A stretch of 39,868 bases of DNA from Macrostomum lignano (lineage: Eukaryota): contig NIVC01002113.1 of assembly GCA_002269645.1 (NCBI GenBank), positions 1 to 39,868 on the forward strand, given 5' to 3'. Position numbers and translations under genes: made by a program. The notes beneath the pieces were generated by a model. That model ran no database searches. It saw only the letters and a program-made list of their open reading frames with translations, and was not told the DNA's origin. The stretch's first letter is position 1; each line of letters starts with the position of its first letter. Of this stretch, positions 20,901-30,595 are shown piece after piece.

Positions 20901-23418
20901 CGATTTAGCGCAGATTTAGCGCCAATTGAACGCCGATTTAGCGCCACATTAGCACCAAATGAGCGCCAATTTAGCGCCACATTTAGTGCCACAGGCAAGA
21001 TATTTCTGGAACAGTATTTTTTTTCAGATTGGATTTTTCTACTAAATAAAATATCTTCTACTGGTAATTTTAAATTCCAGATGGCAGATTCGCAACAGAC
21101 TACTAAAAATCATGCTTATAGTAGTGCATAACGATCAATGAAAGAACAATTGCAGAGTAGTGAAATAATTTTGTGCTTAAAAAAGTTATAGAATAAAAAA
21201 TCAACAACTGACATAATAGACTTACGAATGCTTCCTGGAATTGCATGGGTTAGAATTAACGGTTGAAGTACCAATACTCGTATGTTATAATTAATTAGAT
21301 ACTGTTCAGATTAGATACTATGAGTAGAGAGTATGAAATAAATGTTTATTGTCATTAAGTAAGTAATTAGAGGATATTAAGGAGCAATTACAGCATAGGG
21401 GGACCGTAGCCCAGTGGTCAGGCGCGGCGCTCTGATGTACCAGCGTCCCAGGCTCGATTCCAAGTGCAGTCACATCAATTTGGGGCTAAATTGGAATCTC
21501 GGCTTGGCTCTGCTCGTGCAATTAACGTGCCAACTTAACAAGGGGCCAACGTACACCCAAGGCACAGAGTTTGCATGCCTGACGATTAGAAAGTCAAACC
21601 AGCCCTCCTGTAACTACTATTAATAATATTCAATACGTTCTACTCGTCAGTAGTAAAAAAAGTAAATTATACTCGTAATTACCTGTACAGGCTTGGAGCT
21701 TTCGTAGAATCCAGACCGCACCTTCAAGGTGATATTTCCGCTGGCTTTCCGCATCACCTGTTGCAGCTTCTCTGGTGAGTCAATCGGGATGCCGTTCACT
21801 TCCCTGATGACGTCATAGGGCTTCAGGGTGTTCTGCTGGTCGATCCTGGACCCGGCCATGATGCGCTCTACCACAATGTCCAGACCGCTCTGGCCCGTGT
21901 TCTCATCGTACCATTCGATTGTCCCCACAGTGATGCCCAGGTCCTCTCCTGGCGCCTGGAATGGTCAGTGGCGACTTAGGTCATGAGTTCGATTCCTAAG
22001 CTGGTGGAGTGACTTGTCCGAGCCGATACTGTATGGGCCAACACTCATTGTTATTCGTTGTATCGAAGGCATAGCATTTTGGGAGCGCCATTTTATCAGA
22101 GGGACGCCGTTTTATCAAAGAGGCGCCATTTCATTAAGTAGGGGTGCCATTTCATGGAGTAGGGGCGCCATTTCATTGAGTAGGGACGCCATTTCATGGA
22201 GTAGGGGCGCCATTTCATTGAGTAGGGACGCCATTTCATGGAGTAGGGGCGCCATTTCATTGAGTAGGGGCGCCATTTCATTGAGTAGGGGCGCCATTTC
22301 ATTGAGTAGGGGCACCATTTCATTGAGTAGGTGCGCCATTTCATTGAGTAGGGACGCCATTTCATTGAGTAGGGGCGCCATTTCATTGACTAGGGGCGCC
22401 ATTTTTATTTGAGGGGCGCCATTTCATCAGATGGGGCGCCACACTCGCACCTCTGCCCTCTCACCTTGCTAAAGGCGATCATCTTCTGTGGCCGGCCAAA
22501 CTCGTCTAAATCGTCTTCGCGCGACCCGCGCCAATCCTGACCGTCCGGCGGCTGCCCAATCAGCTCGGAGCCGCCGCCCAGACTGGCGGACAGAGCGCCA
22601 GCGCCTCGGAGGAGGCTGTGGTTCCCGCCCGCCATCTGCTCGCTTTCATCAACGTTGCACTCGACCAGATCGTGGCTGGAGACTCGGCCTAGGGGCGGCT
22701 CGCCCTGACGATGGGACATTTGGTCTGTTGCTAGGGGCGAGGAAGCCGGCTCAGGGTGAGGAGTCTGTTGCTAAGGGGTGAGGAAGTCTGTTGCTAGGGG
22801 GTGACGGAGCCTGTTGCTAGGGATGAGGGGATGAGGAAGTCTGTTGCTAGGAGGTGAGGAAGTCTGTTGCTAGGGGTGACGAAGTCTGTTGCAAGGGATG
22901 AGGGGATGAGGAGTCTGTTTCTAGGGGTGAGAAAGCCTGCTGCTAGGGTTGATGAATTCTGTTGCTATGGGAGGATGAGGAAGTCTGTAGGGATGAAGAA
23001 TGCTGCAAACGGAGCAGAGTATCGGGCAAACCTTATAATTTCGATGTCCGATGTCCTCCAGAGCGTCCACAAAGATGTTCATCCGAGCGGACGCCAGCAG
23101 GTCGTACAGCTCGCAGGCGTCGTCGTTGGACCCGGCGGCCGCAGGTTCGAGGGTGTCCAGAGCGGACCGGAGGGCCTGAATAAAGTCCGTGCCCGCCGCC
23201 TCTGGGAAGGCGCTCTTCTCGATGCCACGGCCGAGTTTTCGTTTCTGTTTCTCCATCCGTCTGAGAGTCTCGTGAGCGGCCACAGCGGCGCGGATCTCGC
23301 GGCTCTGAAGAAAATCAGCGAGCTCCTGCAATGCCGTTTCGCCTTCAAACTGTCGATCGAGCTGTTCGGCCAGATCTGTGAGCAGCCGAACCGATCTTGG
23401 CTTCTTTGATCCCGGCAT
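17906..23418 (-). CDS. p55/MPP-subfamily MAGUK (L27-L27-PDZ-SH3-HOOK-GuK; MPP2/MPP6/varicose-like), 628 aa; exons 23418-23032, 22704-22465, 21955-21683, 20668-20423, 19817-19621, 19196-18992, 18811-18650, 18082-17906
   Basis: All seven introns are GT-AG and the 1887-nt spliced CDS stays in frame. Motifs: PDZ (EDLGITV...IVVERIMAGSRIDQQNTLKPYDVIREVNG), SH3 (YVKALFSYDP...EDPNWWQAR...AGLIPS), HOOK (KKRKVKM), GuK (LVLLLGAPGIGK, IPHTSRPQRDGELNGEKY, GHLYGIKMDT, LILDCAPE, EFKPYVVF) and the family C-terminus QWLPVSWLY. The exon-2 acceptor is the least certain site. Confidence 0.93.
18180..18590. repeat. Degenerate A/C-rich repeat (AAATCCCAAATCA-like) in MAGUK intron 7
   Basis: Recurring CCCAAATCAAAATC motifs. 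Confidence 0.8.
19216..19580 (-). repeat. 41-bp minisatellite filling MAGUK intron 5, about 9 units; inverted copy of the 16108-16422 family
   Basis: The unit GCGCGGAGTGGGGTGGGTGTGAGGCTACAGCTGGCCAATCA is the reverse complement of the 16108 unit, with small differences. Confidence 0.93.
19893..20137. repeat. 15-bp minisatellite (GCCCCTGGTGCTGGC)n, about 16 units, MAGUK intron 4
   Basis: Directly visible period of 15. Confidence 0.95.
20148..20410. repeat. 22-bp minisatellite (GGGACACAGCCCCATACAGCTT)n, about 12 units, MAGUK intron 4
   Basis: Directly visible period of 22; it abuts the 15-bp array and begins about 12 nt from the donor. Confidence 0.95.
20750..20992. repeat. Degenerate (GATTTAGCGCC)-based tandem repeat, MAGUK intron 3
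   Basis: TTTAGCGCC recurs about every 11 or 22 bp. Confidence 0.85.
21398..21630 (+). mobile_element. tRNA-derived SINE in MAGUK intron 3 (antisense to the gene)
   Basis: A box TAGCCCAGTGG (21407-21417) and B box GGCTCGATTCC (21451-21461) at tRNA-like spacing. There is no full cloverleaf; a body of about 170 bp ends in an ACT/TAA-type tail. No TSD was found. Confidence 0.6.
22085..22440. repeat. 21-bp minisatellite (GGGCGCCATTTCATTGAGTAG)n, about 15 units, MAGUK intron 2
   Basis: Period of 21; it produces the MAPLLNE and MKWRPYS ORF repeats. Confidence 0.95.
22722..23000. repeat. Degenerate 22-30-bp repeat (CCCCTAGCAACAGACTTCCTCA on the - strand) filling MAGUK intron 1
   Basis: CTGTTGCTAGG recurs about 10 times on the + strand. 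Confidence 0.85.
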
Positions 23419-25492
23419 TTTTCTTTTATCAGTCAGAAATAACAGCAATATTTTCAATTGCCAATTGTGTCATTAAATTATCAAAGTTGAAATAAAAATT
23501 CATGAACCATAAAAACGTATATTATGTTTATAATTTATTGCAAGATATTTTTATTATTTACAGTAGGGTAGTAGATCATATACTCGTAATGTAAGCTTCA
23601 AGAGTATTCATAAAGTATAAGGCATAATTTGCTCATATATAGACACTATAGTTAATTTAGCAAAAATTATTACATTTAGGGTCTATCATTGAGCGAAAAG
23701 TTAGAATATACAAGATAAAACTAGATAAATTTATACTAAAAGTTAAAAGCACTGAATCTAAAAAAAACATGGATCTTCTAGTTTTTTTATATTTTTATTT
23801 TCAACTCTTCCAAGATATACTATTACTACTTTGCTATAAAATAAATCTGCTTTAATGAATTAATCGCTTAGGAGCATAGCATTTTCAGAAAATTTCAAAA
23901 AGCCTATCCTCAAAGAGGAAAAGCTTTTAATAACTCAAAGAAGTAACTTTCAAGAAAAAAAACCATCAGCTGATGTATAACTTAACTTAAAAATATTTAG
24001 TTAATCACAGTTTAATGGTAAAACTATTGAATGTTTTTATAACAGCAGTCATTTTTATACCTATTATAATCAAGAAACTATTGGTATTTATAAGATAGCC
24101 ACCTGATTCAATAAATATAGCGGAAGTAACACGCGGATAATTATCTTATGCTTTCTTAGAAAAGAGAGAGTTTAAAATTGCATGCCAATACTCAAGCTAA
24201 CAAAAGTACAGGACAAGGCAAACAATAAGGTCATAATATTTTGTTTTATTTCCTCCTTAATAAATTTCTTACAGTAAAATCCTAGAGTTTAACATTTAGA
24301 AGTAAAAATTTACCTAAAAGCTGTCGATCATAAACTGAAATAAAATGCTAGCGTTATATGTAAGCCACCCGACCAGCATGGATTTAATCGGTAGAAAAGG
24401 TAAACGTTTTCTACGATTAGATAGGGTAGATGGCATGTCGACTGCCAGCATAACATGCTTTCCTTCTGATTAAAAGCGGACTGTATATACTTGTATTGGG
24501 CAGTTATGGCGCGCAATTCAAAAGCCTACGCACAACCAATATTATAATGGCTCGACATATTTAATTAGTATAGGGCATTGTGTTAGTATGTATGAATTCA
24601 AGACCTAGACTAATAAAGCAGTTTGTGTCTAGAGTCGAAAACTTTGGAAATGTGTCGCCCTAGCTTGCACAAAAAGCCATGTATGACATGACTGAATGAA
24701 ATTTAATTAGGAGGTTAATGATTGTAAAATAAACTAGCTACTTGGACCTCTTGACAATGACAATAAGGATGAAATGGTCCTGTTGCAGGCAGATATTAAT
24801 TGGCTTAAAAAAAGTAAAAGCTTGATGGCTAGCTAGCTAGGTGGCCTTGGCTCACCCAGTTATTGGCCTTATATTGGCCTTCTTATCAATATGTGGGCCA
24901 TTTTGTATTGCATTCTGCTTTAATCTACTTTGTTTTTCTTCTTTATTGCCAGGTATTTAGTATAATTTTTTAGCTCTTAGTTGTATTCTTTATTTTAATA
25001 TCACTCTATACTTGTACCATGAAAAGAAACACAAAAGGCCTTGTCAATTTTAGGCCTATGATAGGTAGCTAGCTATGTTATTTTATTTTAGTAATAGGCC
25101 TATAGCTATTAAGAGTAGGCCTACTAAATTATTAGTAATAATAGGCTAAAATAGCTAGCCTATTTTAGACCCTATTATATTTTATGCTTCTTGTCTAACA
25201 ATCTAATAATTGTTGTAGGCCAATATTATGAAATGTATAGGCCTAGCTATAGAAAAAGAAAAAGAAGCCAATAACCTTCCTAATGAATAAATTAATTAAT
25301 ATTAGTTCAGTTGTGTATTTACTTTATATTTATTGTCATATGAATTATATACTTATATTGCATTTAGCCTAGGCCTATCTACTCTAGTCTGCCTATCCTC
25401 TACCTATGTCTGTTCTCTCAATCATTATATTTTTACTTTTTCCCTCTCTTAATTCCTTTATATCATGCTTCTCAATTATCTCCCATCTTTGC

Positions 25493-27755
25493 CCCTCCCC
25501 AATTCCCTCCTATCCTGCCTATCCCCAATTCCCTCCTATCCTGCCCACCCCCAATTCCCTCCTATCCTGCCCACCCCCAATTCCCTCCTATCCTGCCCAC
25601 CCCCCAATTCCTTCCTATCCTGCCCATCCCCCAATTTCCGCCATCCTGCCCTTCAATCTTTTCACCCTTGGGTTTTAAGCTATAAACCCAAGGCAATTCA
25701 AAATCTAGAAATGGATTTCAAATTGGAAAATTGAATTCAGCATTTCAAGCACCTTTCAAAAAGGCGAAACTATAGAGCTAGAAAATATGGAACTATTTAA
25801 CTACCTTAAGTTCAATAAGTTATAGTTGGATATTGCCAACTCTTTTCCAGGTGCCTCTATCTAGCTAATGCTAACAAAAATGTTGCAAGGTGTACTTTAA
25901 TATTATATTTGTTCTAGTAAGCAGTTTTTCTGTGTCTCCCATTCTACCCCACCTTTCCCTCCCGTTCTACCCTTCCATTCCTTCCCATTCTACCCCTCCA
26001 TTCCCTCCCATTCTACCCCCACCATTCCCTCCCATTCTACCCTTCCATTCCCTCACATTCTACCCCTCCATTCCCTCCCATTCTACCCTTCCATTCCTTC
26101 CCATTCTACCCTTCTATTCCTTCCCATTCTACCCCTCCATTCCCTCACATTCTACCCCCTCCATTCCCTCCCATTCTACCCTTCCATTCCCTCCCATTCT
26201 ACCCTTCCATTCCCTCACATTCTACCCCCTCCATTCCCTCCCGTTCTACCCTTCCATTCCCTCCCGTTCTACCCTTCCATTCCCTCCCATTCTACCCTTC
26301 CATTCCCTCACATTCTACCCCCTCCATTCCCTCCCGTTCTACCCTTCCATTCCCTTCCCGTTCTACCCTTCCATTCCCTCCTATTCTCTATACCCTCCTT
26401 ATACCCTCAATACTCTCCCTATACCCTCTATACCCTCCATATACCCTCCGTATACTCTCCATACCCTCCATATTTTTTCTATACCCATACATGGCCTCCT
26501 TGTACCCTCTATGCCTTCCATATACCCTCAATACTCTCCCTATACCCTCCATACCCTTCTATACCCATTCTTACCCTCCATATACCCTCCATACCATCCC
26601 TATACCCTCCATACCATTCCTATACCCTCAATACCATCCCTATACCCTCCATACCATCCCTATACTCTCCTTATAACCTCTCCATACCCTCCATACCCTC
26701 CATACTTTTTCTATACCCACCCATGGACTCCCTGTACCCTCTATGCCCTCCATATACCCTCCATACTCTCCCTATACCCTCCATACTCTCCCTATACCCT
26801 CCATACCCTTCTATACCCATTCATACCCTCCATATACCCTCCATACCATCCCTATACTCTCCTTATAACCTCTCCATACCCTCCATACCCTCCATACTTT
26901 TTCTATACCCACCCATGGACTCCCTGTACCCTCTATGCCCTCCCTATACTCTCCATACCCTCCTACTTTTCCTATCCTTCCCGCGTTATACTTTTCCCTA
27001 TCCAGCCTCTACTATTCCCTCTTTCCACCTCCAGCGCCTCCCCCTCTCTAGCCCCTACCCTCTCTTCCTTTACTTTCCAGCCCCCATCCTCTACTCCCCT
27101 CCAGCGCCCACCCTCTTCTCCCATCAGCCCCTACCCTCTCCTCCACTCCAGCGCCCTCCCTCTCCTCCACTCCAGCGCCCTCCCTCTCCTCCACTCCAGC
27201 GCCCTCCCTCTCCTCCACTCCAGCGCCCTCCCTCTCCTCCACTCCAGCGCCCTCCCTCTCCTCCACTCCAGCGCCCTCCCTCTCCTCCACTCCAGCGCCC
27301 TCCCTCTCCTCCACTCCAGCGCCCTCCCTCTCCTCCACTCCAGCGCCCTCCCTCTCCTCCACTCCAGCGCCCTCCCTCTCCTCCACTCCAGCGCCCTCCC
27401 TCTCCTCCACTCCAGCGCCCTCCCTCTCCTCCACTCCAGCGCCCTCCCTCTCCTCCACTCCAGCGCCCTCCCTCTCTCCACTCCAGCGCCCTCCCTCTCC
27501 TCCACTCCAGCGCCCTCCCTCTCCTCCACTCCAGCGCCCTCCCTCTCCTCCACTCCAGCGCCCTCCCTCTCCTCCACTCCAGCGCCCTCCCTCTCCTCCA
27601 CTCCAGCGCCCTCCCTCTCCTCCACTCCAGCGCCCTCCCTCTCCTCCACTCCAGCGCCCTCCCTCTCCTCCACTCCAGCGCCCTCCCTCTCTTCCACTCC
27701 AGCGCCCTCCCTCTCCTCCACTCCAGCGCCCTCCCTCTCCTCCACTCCAGCGCCC
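25493..27755. repeat. Left-arm tandem arrays: ~25-bp (25493-25645), ~23-bp CCATTCTACCCTTCCATTCCCTC (25940-26380), 10-11-bp TATACCCTCCA (26385-26965), 24-bp CTCCACTCCAGCGCCCTCCCTCTC (27135-27755, about 26 units)
   Basis: Directly visible; C-rich on the + strand. Confidence 0.93.
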
Positions 27756-28856
27756 ACCCTCTACTCTCCTTGGTTATCCCTTCGTTACGCTCTTCCCTCC
27801 TCTCTGTTTTACTTACTGTGTCATGCATAACCCGTCTGCTACAGTGTTTTTAAATAGCCTTTTATACCCTCCTCTTTCCCTAGCCCCTCCTCCCCCGGCG
27901 GCTCCCCTTCTCGTAGCTCTGCTAATAAAATCGTAATTCTTCTTCTCTTCAGAATAATTTGCCCAGCTGCGAACTGTGATGGTGCATACCGGGTACTCGC
28001 AATTTAAAAAGCGTATGCTTCTTACTGATTTACTGATTTAATTCCGACGCAACCAAGCAAATCGTTTACTTTCAAGTCCGTGCATTTTTCTTGTGTTTAA
28101 CTTTTCACCGTTCGGCGTTAATGCCGTGTGGCGTTGGTGTAATACTATCGCGAAATTCAATTTCCAATGTCATTATCTAACTATTGTCGCTTTTCTGTAT
28201 TACAACTATATACAATACTTCTGCATTTATTGACGTAACATTGTGCCAATAATGTCACATTGTGTGGCCTCAATATGAATCTGTTGCTGAATGCAACTTA
28301 TAGCCCATTGACCAGTTTAATCGCTTGAAATACATTGTAATGTAATACTGTATCGCTTTTGGCAATCGAAACGAGACTTTAGCCAGACTCCTCACTGATC
28401 CAAATGCTCCTCAAGCAAAGGTACGAGTATATGGAAAGCAGACTGAGCTCCGCAGACTTAGTATATTTGATCTTCGGATCGCGGATAGAACCAAGGAAAT
28501 CTTGGTACGTAAATAAAATTGGAGTCACTTTTCCTACTTCCACTTTCCCTGCTCTTTCCCTGACCACAGTCTGTGCCCCAGGCTCAAGTTAGACCAACGC
28601 AAAATACTAACCTGAATAGGAAGCAAGCAACTCACTTCCCACTCTAGTCTTTTTCTGCCACTGTTGTCTTGCAATACTCGCAAAGATCTCGTATGGCGTC
28701 CTATTTGAATTGGCGCGTCTCGTTGTTAACGTAGTCGAAAGCAATACTGGTGCCAATTATTTGTGTCGATCAAGTTTCCTAGAGAATGATTTGTTGATAA
28801 CTGTATATTCGCTGTCTTAGAGCTGCACGCTGTGTTTAACCATTACTTTGTCGTAG

Positions 28857-29075
28857 AGGAGCTGATGAAGGGAGGCGTTGGGGCGGACCTTTTGGAGGGG
28901 CGGAGCTGATGGGGGGCGGTAGCGGCGGAGCTTTTGGAGGGGCGGAGCTGATGGGGGGCGGTAGCGGCGGAGCTTTTGGAGGGGCGGAGCTGATGGGGGC
29001 GGTAGGAGCGGAGCTGATGGGGGGCGGTAGGGGCGGAGCTGATGGAGGTGGATCGAAGGGGCGGAGTTGATGGAG
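28857..29075 (+). repeat. G-rich degenerate repeat containing several GGGGCGGAGC GC boxes
   Basis: GGGGCGGAGCT recurs with GGGGGGCGGTAG spacers. Confidence 0.8.
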
Positions 29076-29282
29076 GATGGTTTTTCTATTTATTCGACCG
29101 ATTGAAGTATACACAACGTGTACGTGTATTCGAGCTACGCTGGTAGTGTAGTTGTTTGTCTAGTATAGTTTATACATGTGTATACTGTAATGTACATGTA
29201 GTCTCACAATCTCATCAAAAGCTAGACATTTTATTTCTTTGGTTAGTAATCGTGGGGATATTAGATCCACATGCAGCTATCG

Positions 29283-30394
29283 TCATTCGGTGAAGTTATG
29301 AACCCAGTCCAGCTCGACCCAGTTGCACAGATTCTCAATTGGATTGCCAGTCCATGGTGCGGATGTTGTTCTCAGCAAGCTTCGGATCGTTGTCCTGCTG
29401 AAACTGGCAGCGCATCTACAGCCTCTGTCCATGATGCCCTCAATGCGAGTTATTGGCCCAGGTCCAGCTCTGGAGAATGCAGCCCACACCATGACATTGC
29501 CATCTACATGCTTCATGGAACCAACGGGGCACCTGGAATCGAATTCCTCACCAGCTCGGTGGCGCACATACCGGCGACCATCAGAACCAGTGCGGGAAAA
29601 TTTGCTCTCATCACTCCAGATGACCTTGGCCCCAGTCCTGGGGTGTAGAGCTTGCATGTTGCTTCGCCCAGTTCAAGCGCCGCTTCCGGTTTTTGTCGGA
29701 GATGAATGGCTTCTTCCTAGCAATGCGGCCATGCAGTCCGGCAGCTACCAGACGGCGGCGGACAGTCATGGGGTGCAGCTGGACACCAAAAGTTTACGGC
29801 TGATGTCCACAGCGGTTAGCCGACGGTTGGACTCGGGCATTCGCACAATTCGTCGATCCAGTCGGTGGTCAGTTTTCGGTGCCCTGCCAGGTCTTGAGCC
29901 ACAGTCTGTTTTGCCAGTGCTGCTGTGGCGCCTGAGTGCTTGCTGGACGCACGTTTTCTGCGTACGTGACTTTGGCACGCTGGGAAACTCCTTGGTCGAA
30001 CAGGGCCCTGATTTTCCTACACGATTCAGGCGATAGAGCTTTGCCTTTCCCATTCTAGGAGAGTTCGAGATCATTTTTGCTTGGAGTTGTATTGAACTTG
30101 ATGTTTTGGACTTTGGAATCAGCAGGGGCCCCACTGTTGTAGCACCTACCTTTTAGCCCAATTAATTAAGTGGTCTTATTACTGTGTGACTTATCAAATT
30201 CGATTGTGAGATAAGGACTTCAATTAAACAGACTCAATTGTGAGTAATTACACAACACATAACTATAATTTTACTGATTGATACCACGGTTATCTATAAC
30301 TGATTAGATTAAATGCTTCCGCAATCTGTGAAGGTTATGAAACTATAAAAGTTCGAATTTGTGTTAGGTGGTCTTAATTCATTGTGCGCCACTT
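29283..30394 (-). mobile_element. Decayed Tc1-family transposon (5' TIR of IR/DR type plus frameshifted, internally deleted transposase) nested in the foldback centre
   Basis: N-terminal MGKAK...RPGRAPKTDHRLDRRIVR and catalytic VIWSDESKF, VMVWAAFS, FQQDNDPK (shifted frame) and NPIENL. The TIR AAGTGGCGCACAATGAATTAAGACCAC ends at 30394 next to TA (30395-30396), with an inner DR at 30170-30190. The 3' TIR was not found. Confidence 0.88.
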
Positions 30395-30595
30395 TATGTA
30401 TAATGTTGCTGAGTACTTTCAAGGCTCAATCCAATTACATGTACCATGTCGGAGAGGCCGTCTAAATATGGCTAAAATTACACACTAAAAATAAAGCCTG
30501 AGAATTTGCATTTACATTGAGATAAGTAGTAGACCTTGGAACTGGTTAACAGGCCTCAAAACGAGGCAAGTGTTTTAAATTGAAACTAAACTGAT

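Noticed and set aside
21960-22000. B-box-like GAGTTCGATTCC next to the exon-3 acceptor
   Set aside because: The A box is imperfect and no SINE body or tRNA fold could be traced.
25890-27853. 646-aa, 376-aa and related ORFs, and their mirrors at 33987-35709
   Set aside because: They arise from tandem arrays in the foldback arms and have no domain content.
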